Shown: positions 1 to 13,961 of the stretch, in pieces
How positions within the stretch are numbered: the stretch's first letter is position 1
Layout of the letters: every line of letters begins with the position of its first letter
NCBI RefSeq assembly: GCF_963921235.1
Contig: NC_086097.1
Location: 148,306,001 to 148,370,000 of the forward strand
DNA from: Mobula hypostoma
Taxonomy: Eukaryota
Reading direction: 5' to 3'
DNA length: 64,000 nt
The notes under the pieces: model-generated
What the model was told of the DNA's origin: nothing
Seen by the model: only the letters and a program-made list of their open reading frames with translations
The model's database searches: none
Translations under genes and position numbers: made by a program

Positions 1-2876
1 TCAGTTTTCACTTCCATTACTCCTCCCACACACATTGCAAAGTTACTAGACAAAATATAGAAGCTGTTGTTAAGGTCTGGCGTTATTTAAATATCCTATA
101 CAATGAAACTTCTCCATCAAGTCTGTACTGAAATAATATCAGAAAATCCTGGAAACTGACAGCAAGGGAGACAATAGTTGTGCAGAGAGAAATTGCTAAT
201 ATTTTCAGGTTGATAAATTGTCATCAGAATATTGATCTGAAGCCTGTTCCTCTCTCCACAGATGCTACTGACCAGCTGAGGTTTTTCACCAAAAAAAAAC
301 AGCAGATTATGTAATCTGCTTTTATTACAGATGTTCAGCATCTGCAGCTTTTTTAAAAAAAACATTTGAATTTAATTTGAACTTCACTGGAACAGTATAA
401 ATGACAAAAAAGGGAGGTAAGGTGTGGATAGGAGAAGTAACGCAGCAAGTGAAAAAGAGTTGAGGGTCATGAATAATTTGTCGAATCTTGTATCAATGGC
501 AGGTGAATGAGGCACAACAGGCTGGATAAGTACGAGCCTGCGATGTGTCAAACCAATGAAATGCTTGGAGAAATGTGCCAATGTGAGATGGGAGGCGTGA
601 CGCAACATGTGGCATTGCCAGGCAAGTATTTTGGTGCTACATGTCAGTGTTGAGAAGCTCCTAAATCATCTGGACCCAGTATGACCCAGCCAATTAGGGT
701 GCAGAGAAGAGCATCAAATATTGTCTGACATCCTTTAACACTATGAAATTAGAAAATCAGGAAATGAGCAATTGACAATCCGATACTTTTCTGAGTATAT
801 CAAGGTTGATATAGTGAATTGATTTAGTTTGAAAACACTATGTCAGGTTTCTAGTTATCATATATTAACCTGCAAGGTGTAGGGACGCTCATCATGTACG
901 TCAGCCATGTGCTAATAGAACAGGGGTCCATGGCAGAAAAAAGGCTGGCAACCCCTATAATAGAATGGAAACTACTTATATTCATTATGTTGAGAGCTGC
1001 CAAATGGACCTTTGTTTTCTGCATTTGTAGGAAACCCACCAGGTAGCAGAATTAAGTGTTGTCTCTATTTATCCCTTTCTGTTTTGCTTCATTCAATGGG
1101 GAAGAGAATGAAATACGTTGTACACCTGAAGGGATCAGCGGTGATCCTTTTGGAATAGTGAGCTGAGTGGAGTCACAAAGGTAACAGATGTTCCCTGAAA
1201 GTACCCATTTTCAAAGAAATACAAGGTGATGACAGTTCTGAATGAGAAAGACAACAGCATTGTGGTGAAAATGGGTTGCCAGACCTCAGCCTGTACCAGG
1301 GGTACATCATCGCCTTTCTCCAGCATCTCATAATAATCTCCAGTGGGATGAAAATAAATTGAGATGATGGCTAGTAAATAAAAATGTTCTTGAATGTTAT
1401 CTGCGGTTAGGAAACTGGCATAACCCAATATGTCTTTATTTTTTAAGAAATTTCCAAAGTAGCCCATTCCATCTTGTTCCTAACCTTTAGCAATGGCGAG
1501 ATGTCCAGTTACATACTTATGTTCTCAAAGCAAAATGCTAGTGTTTGCAGAGCTCACTCAGCGGGACAACAGATGACCTGTCACACTCTAAAGAGTCCAC
1601 TGTTACAAACTGAAATAAAGCAAGCAAAGGCACCTGCTCAGCTCCGTGAGAAGGTGCAGAAGAGGTTCACTAGGTTACTGAATGGATAACAGGGCGTGTG
1701 CTATCAGGAGCAGTTGCACTAGGGTTGTTTTCTTTGTAGTGTTGGAGGCTAATGACGAGAGGCCTATTAAAACATTTGAAATTGAAGCATTTAATTGTTT
1801 TAAGGGGGAAACGTTCCCCATCAGCACTTTTCAGGCAATGCAAGTGCATCCCACCACTCTCCCACCCCTGCACATAAAACATACACCCTGCTCTCCCTCT
1901 TCTTCTCCGCATGTACTACCCTATCTTCCCTTTCATCAAGTGGCTGAGCATGTTGACCCTAAGGCCACCACTCCTGGAAATGTGTTTTTTTTTCAATACA
2001 ATAGATAAAGGTTTCATGTGCAACACAAACATCATCTATAAAAGATGTTTAAGGACTGAATGCATAAAAATGCTTACAATAAGAATATATCACATGACAG
2101 TCTAAGTGAGCACATATTATAGCCAATGGAGCTCAATTTGCACTCTTACTTTCCCCTTCAAATTTCATCCAATTTATTGTAATGATCTTATCTTATTTAT
2201 ATGGTGTTTATTTCATTAAACCTAGGTTTCTGTATTCCATAACCTTTAATACACATTGTATTTCTTCAGGTCCAATGACTTGTAGCAGTCTTTGTAAAAG
2301 TGCCTAGAAATAAAATCATCCTTTCTGGTTTCGATTGTTCCAATAATAATAAACAAATATTTTGGGTCAGGAATGTACAGGATACATTAATATTGGTATT
2401 TACAGACTAATGAATCAATAATTATAAATAATGAATAATGTAGCTGAGAAGGGAGGCTGTTCTGATCTCTGTATTTTCTCTGTTCATTTGTAATCTTTAG
2501 CTGCAGTATATAACTTAGAGTATATAAAATGGAGTCCTGTAAAAAATGAACGTGTAGCAGTCTGTATGTCCTATGCACATTCAGGTATGCAGAATAGATA
2601 GTTGGTGACATCCTTTCTCATGGAGGGTTGATTTAACATAAATCCTTTCAAAATGCACAATGGTAATTCAATTCATGTCCAGTGTTAATAAGACATGGAC
2701 AGACAGAGTTGAAAATTTATTTTATTTTATTTAGAGATACAGCATGGAACAGACCTTTTAGATTCTGATGTTTTAATCCAAGGTTCTTTCAAAAGTCAGC
2801 AAAGGGGTACAAAAGTTGTTGCTTTGTGATATTTTATTAGAACAAAGAGAAATAGAAATGAACAGTGATAGCTGTG

Positions 2877-5650
2877 TACATACATCTATTGATGCTTCTG
2901 GACACATCTTCAGTGATGTTCCTGGAATCATCGGGTGTTTCGAGTCTTTCAACATCATACAACCTCCTCCAGGTGACCCAGCCGGGGCTGATCAGACCCC
3001 AGCTTGTGTCCAGATGGCTAGCTACTTATGACTCCATGGCTCCCCTCTTTTGAGCCATAGCCATCTTGAGGCCCTCTCTGCCGCATTGGTGATACTGCGG
3101 ATGGTTCTTCTCTTCCTCTCTCCCTCGATGCCCAAAATGCTGAAGGCTCTAACTAAAGAACGGGCTATGAATCCCCTACAACCAACCTCCACTGGGAGAC
3201 ATCTCGCTCTCCATCCAGCCTGGTGACATTTGCTGACCAGTCCTGCCTACTTGGAGAGCTTCCTTTCAAAGGCCTCTTCCAAGCTATCTCCCCATGGGAC
3301 TGTCAGCTCCAGCAGCACCACTTGCTTAGTCAACTCAGACACTAGGACAATGTCTGGTCGCAGGGTGGTGGCTGCGATATGGTTGGGGAACTTCAGCTAC
3401 CGTTCGAGGTGCACCAGCAGCTGCCAGTCCCTTGCAGAGGTCAGAATGCCTGCAGATGTTCTTTTGGCAGGTATTGGCTGCTCCCCAGCTCTGACAAAGG
3501 CAATGGTCTGCTTGGAGAGTCGGGACCGCTTCGCCCACTCAACTCCTGTGCTGACAGCTTCAGCAATGGTCTTCAGGACCTGATCATACCTCCACCTGTA
3601 CCGTCCCTCACCAAGTGCCCTTGCACAGCCGCTGAGGATGTGCTCCAGGGTTCCTTGCTTGGAGCACAATGGGCACGCAGATGACTCTGCCTTGCCCCAT
3701 GTGTGCAAGTTTGATGGGCTTGGAAGCACATCGTACACTGCCTGGATGAGAAATTGGATGCGGTGTGGTTCGGCTTTCCAAAGATCAGCCCAGGTCATTT
3801 TCCTCTCAACCGCATTCTCCCATCTTGTCCAAGCTCCCTTTTGCTTCATTCTCACCGCCTTGCAGGCTCTCATCTCCTCCACTACTGCTCTCACCTCCTC
3901 CTGAACTAGACGCCGCCTTTCCTTCCCTCTGGTGTCCATTTGGGGAGTTGGAAAGGATCCTAGCCCAGCTCGGCCTCGTGTGACCACTCTCACCAACCTC
4001 CTGTGACGCAGCCTCGCCTCTGCCTCCTGAACAGCTTCCTCTGCCCTCCACTTCCTGCCAGTACTTACTTGGATCCCTGCTCTAGCCACCTTCGGGTCAC
4101 TTGAGTCCCTATACTGTAGCACTTCTCTGGCTCTTGTTACCTTGAATTCTTCCTCCAAGGATTTGAAGGGCAGTTGCAGTTTGTTGTGGTGTCCATAGAG
4201 TGCGATGCTGCTCAGGCTCTTTGGCAGCCCCAGCCATCTCCTGAGGTGGTTGCTAACCCTCCTCTCTAAGGTTTCGACTGTCGAGATCGGAACTGCATAG
4301 ACGAGGAGGGGCCATAGGATTCTGGGAAGAATGCCATGCTGATACACCCAGGCTTTAAATTTCCCAGGTAGGCCAGACTTGTCCACAGATTTTAGCCAGC
4401 CATCCAACTCGGTGCAGGTTGCCTGAATGGATTTTATGTCCCTTAAAGAGCTGTCAAAAACTTTGCCTAAGCTCTTGACTGGCTTTTCTGTGATGGTTGG
4501 GATGGCTGTGCCTGCGATGCTGAACTGGAACTTGTTCTCCACCTTCCCTTTCCTCAGCACAATCGATCTTGATTTGGCAGGTTTGAAAAGCATCCGGGCC
4601 CACTCTACTAGCTTTTCGAGCCCTTGCAGAATCCACCGGCAGCCTGGGACTGATTCTGTGGTGACTGTGAGGTGATCCATGAATGCCCTGATAGGTGGTT
4701 GCCGTTGAGCGGAATTCATTCTGGGCCCTCTGCACTCTGGTTCAGCAGACTTAGTGAGCATGTTCATGGCTAGGGAGAACAGTGTCACTGAGATAGTGCA
4801 CCCTGTGATGATGCTGATCTCCACCTTGTGCCAGCTTGATGTAATTGCTCCTGAAGAGACCCTCATCCTGAAGTTGCTGTAATAATCAGCGATAAGGTCT
4901 CTGATTCTGCTGGGGACGTGATATTTGGTCAGTGTGAGCTGCACCAGCTTGTGCAGAATGGAGCCGTATGCATTTGCCAGGTCGAGCCACAACACTGACA
5001 GGTTGCCCTTGTTCTCTCTGGCCTCCCTGATGAGCTGTGTCACCACACCGATGTGCTCCAGACAGCCCAGCATCCCTGAAATGCCACCCTTCTGGACTGA
5101 TGTATCAATATAGGTGTTCTTTGCTAGGTAGGTGCACAACCGGTTAGAAACTGCACTGAATGAGATCTTTGCCTCGACACACAGCAGGGAGATGATGCGA
5201 AACGGATCTATCTGGGTGGCATTTTCCTCCTTCGGAATCCACACCCCTTCAGCCACTCTCCACTGTTCTGGGATCTTCCCCCTTCTCCAGAAGATTCTCA
5301 GGATCTTCCACAGACGCAGCAGGAGTTTGGGGCAGTTCTTGTACACTTTGTACAAGGTGTTGCTTGGTCCTGGAGCCGAGCTTGCCCTTGTTTTGTGGAC
5401 AACCTCTCTGACTTCCTTTAGTTGCAGCTCTGACATGTCGAACTGCACATCCGGTTCAGGTGGGTCTATTAGGATGTCGCACTCTCCCAACTCCTGCTCT
5501 CTTTCAGGATCATTATATATCTTCTTCAGATGTTGGTCTATGTCTTCCTGCGAACAGGCCAGTTTCCCACTGCGCTTCTCCCCCAGCAACTCCTTGCTGA
5601 ACTTGAAGGGGTTGGCGATAAAGGCAGCACGTTTTCGAGCCCTTTCACTT
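2877..5650 (-). mobile_element. 5'-truncated non-LTR retrotransposon of the RLE (R2/NeSL/HERO-like) group
   Basis: ORF 3397..5589 has RT motifs (DLANAYGS, GCTIS, FMDH at the xxDD site), a CCHC knuckle (CPLC..HILSGC) and RWRYD. Past a TAG at 3397 the frame continues with a restriction-like endonuclease (RPDIV..LELTVPWE..ERK) and ends WLWLKRGEPWSHK* near 3022. Short 3' UTR to about 2877. Confidence 0.9.
3022..5648 (-). pseudogene. RT-CCHC-RLE polyprotein, disabled
   Basis: In-frame stops at 3397-3399 and about 3247-3249, the catalytic DD changed to DH, and the N-terminus missing. Confidence 0.85.
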
Positions 5651-7480
5651 TAGCTTGCTTGCAGTGGCTGGAGTATATTCATTTACATTTACCTTCTACT
5701 TTCATTGCACTTGATAAGGACCTTCCCTTCGAGCTCCCAGATGATCTTTATCATCTTCAATCCTGCGCATCTTTCCTCCTTTGGCCTTTATTGAAGCAAG
5801 CTGTGACATAGCTGTCAATCTATTTTTTCATCACTGTCATCCTCACTTGAGTTGCTACAGGCCACTGTAGAGTCCATGTCATGTCCAACCTGTAATTCCT
5901 TGGAGTTCCAGTGACATCACTGACTTGGAGGACTGTCCCATGCAGGCTGTAATTCTTCGGAGGTTGAATGGTGTCTCTGCCTCCGGGGACTGTTCAATGT
6001 AGCGTACAATTTCTCAGGCAGAGCTTCAGAAGAAGTTGTTTCCCAGTGCAGAATGCCAGCAATTGCATCACTAGCAGGACCACCCACTCAAATTCCTGTT
6101 CAGTTTCTCCATTTTGTTTTAATCTGCTCCTGAGCTCTGTACTTTGCATTCAATTGAATTACCATGTTGTTTTTTGCTTGTTTAGTTAATGCAAAGATTT
6201 GTCCTTTAGGGTTTCTACTCTCTCTATCATGCCAGTTCTGTAGTTTATCACAAGTTTTGTGTTTCTTTCCCAACCAAGTAATAACAATTGTTACTTGCCT
6301 CATGAACCTTTTATTTCACTTGCACGTTTGATCAAACTGATCACATGGTCCTATCTCTGAATCAGTAGCAGCTATTTTCTTTCCCTCAGACATATATTCT
6401 GGATCTTAATAAACTTAATATTGTTGGGATATATTTTGTCCAGATTGTTCACTAATTTTATCAAACTTGGATGTTTTATTCAGGTAAGAGCTCTTAGTAG
6501 GTCTCACAACTTTGGCCTTGTTTTGATTTGATCTTAATTTCTACATATTTTTAACCACTTTGACTGTGATCTCGAAATATTAGTAGATTGCAACCAAATT
6601 TTTAAGTTTTCTCCCATACTCCACTGGTGCACATATTGTGCCACCACTTGTACATATTTAACTCCTTTTCTGCACTCTGCTGACTTGCACATACTTAAGC
6701 TTCCTCATGTACCATACTGGCTTGCATGAATTTATTTATTTTTTGTCTCTGCTCCGCTGTATGATTTAAATTTATTTTGATGATTTGCCATTTTTGTACT
6801 TAATCTATGCTCTTCCCGTTTGCACATGACTCTACCGGCTTGCATTTCTTTTTTTACAGATCTGTTTTCTCAAAGTAGCAATGCTGCAACTCCTCACTCA
6901 TCATTCCCATCTGATGATATTGAAGACAGAACTAGTTTTCTCTCAGATAAATTGGAACATTAGAGGAAGATATTACCCCTTTTGTTGTATGCTAAAAGTT
7001 CCATTTTGTCTGTGCCATTCTTCCAAGTCCTAAATCTTCACAATCATTCTGATAACTACACCATTTGTTGGTTTCTGATGTTTAATTCCAAGGTTCTGTC
7101 AGAAGTCAGCAAAGAGGCATAAAACTTGTTGCTTCATGATCATTTTATTAAACATCAACAGAACAAAGAGAAATTAAAATGAACAGTGATAGAGGTCTGC
7201 TAGTTGAAAAGAGCATGGAACAGCTATTTTTATACCCACAGATAGGGAAAAATTCCAGTCAACCTTGTAGATAAGAGTTAACCAATGATGTAGCACTTAT
7301 TCAAACAATGCAATACCAAGTGAAGTTTCCAAAGTCATACTTTTACAGTCACAAGAGCATATTAAACTGTTACATGCATACAGGACCTACTTAAAATACA
7401 AGCAGATAATTAGTTATTAAACTGCATAGGAAGTATCAATTAAACAGTCCAATCTAAGAATTAAACAGTTGGATCCAACA

Positions 7481-7700
7481 AGCCTTTCCAGCCCAATGAG
7501 TTGCACTGCCCAGCAATTTACAATGACCAATAGCCTACTAAATGGCATGTCTTTGGACTGTGGGTGGAAATTCAAACATTGGGAGGAATCCAACATGGTC
7601 ACAGGAAGAACGTACAGACTCCTCACATACGGTAGCAGAAGTGAACTCCGAGCCATGGAATGTCAAAAGCTCGAATAATGTTGCACTAACTGGTACGATA
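7481..7700 (-). mobile_element. V-SINE/HE1-like SINE whose tail lies at about 2720-2755, split by the LTR element
   Basis: Degenerate V-domain-like core (tctttggactgtgggtggaaa...gtacagactcct). The sequence gatacagcatggaacag at about 2736 reads on into cctttccagcccaatgag at 7483. Confidence 0.5.
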
Positions 7701-10700
7701 TTGTGGTGCCCTGATGAAGAGCATCCCCTCAACCACTTTTACCTTCAACTTTAACTCTGCTATAGAAAGGAATCCTCAATAGATTACAGGTTTGTGGTGA
7801 TTAAACTGGAGCTGAATACTTTAGAGACGACTGGAGATAGGGAACTGAGTGATTTTTTTGTTGCTGTGGCACTTTTATAAAGTGAGCCTTTAATGGTTAC
7901 CCTGATGGAATTATAACATGACAAGAAGGAGGAAGAAGTACCACTTGTAACTTTAGTGTAGACGCTATAGTTGGGTATGTGTTTCCATTCTCAATTTGTA
8001 CTTCTAACCATTTCAGTTTTCTGGCAAAAATGGGTGCATTGGTGCTTTACTGTGAGAGGGAGAAGGAAAGAACCACAGCCTATCTTGTTACTTGCTAATT
8101 TGCTATTGTAGGCAAAAGTACTTCCCCACTGTGAGGTGAACAATGGTTTAAATCAGCAACAGTTGGCTTCGCCCAGTGCCAGTCTGTGTGCAGATGCAAT
8201 AAACTGTACTATTCACACTGTCTATGTTCTCAAATCTTCATTATCATGATAAATGTATGCAAAGCAGTACTAACATGTTTTCCTGTACTGCCCAATTTAA
8301 CTCAACCTCAATCAAAGACTACGGAATGGAATGAGAGAAAAAAAGATAAGCATAAGGGCTTAAAGACCCTAAGAAATAACAGTGGGGTGAGTCTGCTGAA
8401 GGGGCAAGTAGCAGAAGTTGTGTCTAATCTTTAACCACAATGTTATTTACCTGCATTACGCCAATATTATTGATTCTCTTAAGATATAGAAATCTTCATT
8501 TTGAATAATCTCAGCAGCTGAGCCTCCATTGTCATCTGGTGTAGAGAATTCCAAAGATTCACCATTCCCTGAGTAAAGAAGTATCTCCTCATTTCACTCC
8601 TCAATGACTTACCACTGTCCCTTAGTTCTAGACAGCTGAGCAAATGAAAATTCCCTCCATCCATCTGGTAAGCATTTTACAAATCAATCTGTTTCCTTCA
8701 AAATGATCTCAATCTTCTGTAATCTGGAAAATACAGGTATAATTTGCCAAATCACATGCTTTACACTTACTATCCCTGACCAAAAACAATATATGTTGTT
8801 CCAAGTTATTGTTTCACAAAGTCTTTACTCCCATATACAAATCGCCTTATAACAAAAAGCAACAAACCACTTGCCTCCCTAATAGTTTACTGCACATGCA
8901 CACTGCTTGTCAGTCACTTGGTCATTTTGTATATCAAGGTAACCTGATTTTTCACTTTGCATAAACTCTGCTTTTGGAGTTATCTGCCAAAGTGAACAAC
9001 TTCACTATTTCCAGCATTCTCAGAATTCCTGTTGTTAACTTCACATTTTTCCACATTTCATGGCATCTCTCATGTTCTTACCCACTAACTCAAAGTGTCT
9101 TATGATCCTACTTGATTTTAGATCATATGCCACCTTGGAAATGTGAATTTTGGTGTTTGAACTCCAGCTATTTACAATCTGATCAATTGTCTTTGATATT
9201 GATTGTGAACACAAGCATCAATTTTGCGGTGTTACATAAGTCAAAACCTGCCAATCTGTCGAAGTTCCCTTAATTGCAACAGTTAAGAAGTACTTGGACA
9301 ATACATGGGATAGGAAAAGTTTAAAGGCATATGGGCCAAATGTAGGCAAGTGGGACGAGTTTGATGCAAATCTTGGTTGGCATGGATGAGCTGGGCAGAA
9401 AGCCCACTTCCATGATGTATGACTCTATGACTCTAATTTTCTTTCTGTTTCATATGCAGTTCAAAGTCCTTAGCTGTATATTACTCAGAGTTGGAGCACA
9501 TAGACTATTTAATTCTGTTGACCATCCTCCTGTGTATTGAATAGTGACTGAAAATCCAAATACACCACATCTATTTGTCACCTCTTATCTGCTCTGCTCA
9601 TCAGATGCAGAAAGACGATCAACAGATCAGTCAAACATAAGTTTATTTGCCATGCTGACTCCATGCCGACTCAGCTGAATCCTATTATTGCAATGGAGGA
9701 GCCAACTGATTAGATAATTCTTACAAAAACATATGAATGAATGCCCTACCCTCGCACTGTGTAATTGCCTTGGTGTAGGGCACCACTGACAATAATGAAT
9801 CTACAATCTGTTTTACACTGCTCGATTTTTCTCCTTTTTTGAAAGTCATTAGAAGTCTCAAGCTACTGATTTTGTAAAAAGATCATGTGGACTATATGTG
9901 AAAAATTGAGATACATGTTCACTTTGTCTGCAGGGTAAAATGGGTGACAAGGAAAAATACAAAATAGGCTCCCACTTCACTGTCAGTCATCATATACTAT
10001 TGCACAAGTTCAAGATCCATCCTAATGCTTGAACGATGTGTACATGTGGGAGTGGAAAAGGGCACACATAAAGGGTGAAGGAAAGCTTGAAATTCCACAA
10101 GGGCGCATATGCTCTCAATTTCTCTTTTTTTTCTGAATAGAGCTACAGTATGCATTGAATCCTTTCTGTTGAAAAATCCTGAGCAGTTCATTGAATTGGT
10201 TTTCCATGCAGTTAAAGGGCATGAGGGCAAGATTTGTGGAGTTCTGCACAATCATTTTGTTAGTTGCTTTGCCTATGGACTCCAAGCTTTGGTTTTAAAA
10301 TCCTATACATTGTAGGAGGGTGGCAAAGAAGAGGAAGGTAGTGTTTTGATGTCCAAGTTGAAGTTGGAGTAGGAGAATAATGAGTTCTGTTTTCAATACT
10401 GTAAAGATGCAGGAAAAGAAAAAAGAAAAACATGATGGACAGAGTAGCTGGAGGCTAGGAGCTGAAAAAGAGAAAAACTTCAGAAACAATATTTATAAAA
10501 TAAGGTTTTTCCTGCTGGAAGTACATGTCAAGAACTCTGACAGGCTGATCCAATGATCTTCTTCCCATTTATTTTTAACTGTCCTGTGCGGAATAACATT
10601 CTTGCAAAATTTCCATTTTGTGTTCCAATTATATGAAGCTCAGTATGAAGAATGAAAATCTGTATAATTTGCCCAGCAATTTTTTTCACATAAACTTAAC

Positions 10701-12604
10701 ATCCAGGATCTTTACACTCCAGGTTCCAAACTGGATATGGTATCATAATCCAAATAAATTTGAAAAGGTGGAACACTTGCCAGACAGCTGTATGACCTCA
10801 ACAGTAGAACTAGAGCATGTTGTTAACCAAAATGCAACGTACCAGTCAAGATGCCTCTTCACCACAATACCAACGTATATGTTGTAATAAAGTGCACTTC
10901 ACAATAATTCTGTATTTGTTAATTTATTCAAAATATAATTTCAGGAGAGTAATGAAATTAAATGTTGGATAGCATTGTGTAAATTGTCCTTTGAGTTCTA
11001 GACTTAAACATTTATTCTTGCATTAATAGATATCATTCCAAGCTATGAAATATTTATTAAAATGATCTAATTTCTGAAATCTGCATGGACTACGTTGGTT
11101 GCAGGTGCTGTGCATTCTGCTAGAATCAGCCAACAATATGCAAGTAAAATTTTCCTGGTATCATGTATCAGGATGTTTTAAAGTCCGGGGTAGTGTTAAT
11201 GCCAGTCATATGACTATATTTACCATTAACTCCAGTGGTACTCTATAATCCACTGAAAAGGTGCAGTCACATTAGCCTGTGACTAGAGAAAAATAATTAT
11301 ATGTGACGATGCTCATATTCCCAATGAAATTCCTTTTTCCCTCATCATTTGAAAATTAACCTATTGTATTCTGGGTTCTCAACGGATTTGAAACTACATT
11401 AATGATGTCAAATCAACTCCATAACCCATGAGTTCTATCAGGCAGGAGATATGGTACAATGTACACTTTCAACCAGGTCCTAGTCAAGCACCTTGTCTGC
11501 TTTTTAAAACTGATGTGAATAGGTTAGGGATTAAGGGTGTTACAGTACAAATGAACATTGGAATTGAACAGCTTCTTCCCCTCTGCCATCCAATTCCTAA
11601 ATGGACATTGAACCCATGAACACTACCTCATCTTTTTAATATATATTATTTCTGTTTTTGCACAAATTTTAATCTATTCAATATACATACACTGTAATTT
11701 ATTTATTTATATATTTATTTATTTTTACCTTTTCTCCCCCCTTCTATATTATGTATTGCATTGAACTGCTGCTGCTAATTTAGCAAATTTCATGATACAT
11801 GCCGGTGATAATAAACATTCTGAATCGCAAACACAAGAAAATCATTGGAATGGAATGTTACTTCTGTGTTCTCTCTGTAGATGCTGCCTGATTTGTTGAG
11901 AATTTCACATATTGTTACTTCAGGAGTCCAAGTTGAGCTCACATCTTGGCAGTCTACCATCAAATGCAGGCTCATTCCATAACACTTCCCAGATTTGGGT
12001 CTCAGTCGTTCTGTCAGCTCCCTCTAAGTTGGAGTTGTATATCTCTAAAATGGCAGGCCATCCTCTTATTGCAACATTAAAGCTGTAAGAGCAGCCCGTT
12101 ACTATTTAATATATAAAATATCCTTACTAAGCTGAAATGTACTGCAATAGTATCTAGAGGATGTTTATGTATCAAATCCACTAAAGCCCTCAATTAGATT
12201 ACAGCCTGTAACTTACTTCAGCGTGTCCATCATTCACTGTTTAATTTTAATTGTTTTTATTTTTGTACCAAATTAGATGGTATTTAGGATAATGAATCTT
12301 TGATTCCATCAATTCTAAGGTGATTGTAGATCTGGCACAGTGTCAGAATAAATGTTAACTGATTACATTTGGCAGCATTCCTGATTAAATCAGGGGAATA
12401 GGCTGAAGCTGCAAGAGGTTTTCTTCCTTTTCATTCATGTTACGTGGGATTTGCTGGCAAAAGTACTATTTATCATCCTTTGCTAAATGCTTTCGACTAA
12501 GTAGTTCGCTGGGCCAGTTCAGGGGATCAGAGGTATAACCATGGTCACCATTATTAACACAATATTATTTTTATTCTGGTTTTTATTTGTCTAAATGTTG
12601 ATTG

Positions 12605-12803
12605 AGGCTGGCCAGTGGTGTAGTGGCATCCACACTGGACTTCGAGGTGGGTGGTCTCAGGTTCGAATCTGGCCTGCTCCTTTGCACACTTTCTGCCCCT
12701 GCTTGGTTGAGCGTCGAGCTAGCAACTTAGCCTCATAAACAGCAGACAAAAGAGATGGCAGGGTTGCTGGCCAATGTGCCACAAGGCGTGAAAAGGAACA
12801 ATA
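12605..12803 (+). mobile_element. tRNA-derived SINE
   Basis: A-box-like TGGTGTAGTGG and B-box GGTTCGAATC, then a non-tRNA body and an A-rich end. Confidence 0.65.
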
Positions 12804-13961
12804 AATTTTAATTCTCTTGTCTCCGTGAACTCATCATTTAGGGCAGACAGAAAAAAGAAACTACAGATAATGGAATCCGGAACTGAAAACAAAGTGCTGG
12901 AGGAACTCTGCAGGTCTCTGGAGGGAAATGGAAAGTGGACATTTCAGGTCAAGGTCTTCACGTGTCTTGATGCAGGGTTCCAACTCAAAATGTTCACAGA
13001 TCCCTTTGTCCCACAATGCTGCCTGACTTGCTGGGCTCCTCCAGTAGATACATATAGATTTTGTATCAGCAGTCTCTAGTGTCTCCAGTGTTCATCTTCA
13101 ACCTCCTTACCCTGGCTTGGGCCACCTTGTGATCTCTCATGACTGAATCCTATCTTACTGTTTCTAGGCATATGTCTCCATATTAACATTTTGTTAATCC
13201 CTGAGTCAATGTATTGATTTTCTCAGTACTGCTGGCTTGTGTCAATATTGTGCATGTGAGTCCTTTCAAAGCCAGGTAGCAGCACTGTGCTCTGTAATGA
13301 CAATGACGCATTGATGGATTTTTGTCCTGTCTAGATCACATCTTGTTTCCAGAAGTCAAAATGTAATTTACAACATTTCTTATTTCTATTTTTAAACAGA
13401 CACATATTTTAACCAGAATTTTACCTTCTGTACGCCAAGACTGTTTAGCTGCTCTTGATGCTGTACTTGTGATATTCAGATAGCTGAACTCACCAATGGA
13501 ACAACTTGGACTGGATTTATGACCTAAGTGTATCCACCTTCACGCAGAGCACTTTCACCTTTGATTTTTTTTGTTTCAAACCCGACTCCGGAGAATCAGA
13601 GCATTGTCAGAAGCACTGACTTGTAAGCAGGTTCCCACCTGCTCATTCAGGAAGGTCTTGGAACTCTTTGGCTGAGGTTGATCTCTCACTTAACGTTACC
13701 ATAGGACAAATGAAGGAATCTTTACCATAAGACCATAAGATATAGGAGCAGAAGTAGGCCATTCAGCCCATCAAGTCTGCTCCGCCATTCAATCATGGGG
13801 TGATCTAATTATTCTAGTCATCCCCACTCTCCTGCCTTCACCCCATACCCTTTGATGCCCTGGCTAATCAAGAACCTAATTCATTCATCACAAATTAATT
13901 CATCACAAACAGTTACTTGAGCCACAAACATTTATTATAGACTATGTAAGGCAGTTAATGG

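Larger units (their letters stand above)
2756..7480 (-). mobile_element. Old LTR retroelement remnant: 5' LTR 7066-7480, PBS 7046-7063, degenerate internal region to about 5650, partial 3' LTR about 2756-2870
   Basis: 7066-7480 is bounded by TGTTGG...CCAACA and carries minus-strand TATAAAAA and AATAAA. It is followed on minus by TGGTGTAGTTATCAGAAT, a 13/18 match to the tRNA-Ser PBS as I recall it (TGGCGTAGTCGGCAGGAT). 2762-2870 is a diverged direct copy of 7073-7190. Confidence 0.65.

Noticed and set aside
3230..5811. Multiple plus-strand ORFs
   Set aside because: Antisense shadows of the retroelement ORF; the same holds for overlapping ORFs in 23640-25427 and 45928-47316.
7990..10890. Plus-strand acceptor-like sites at about 8016, 8111, 9933, 10140 and 10722
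   Set aside because: They could not be chained into a consistent reading frame and are compatible with chance in AT-rich DNA.
12605..12680. Possible tRNA gene
   Set aside because: A and B boxes are present but there is no convincing cloverleaf or poly-T terminator, and it continues into a SINE body.
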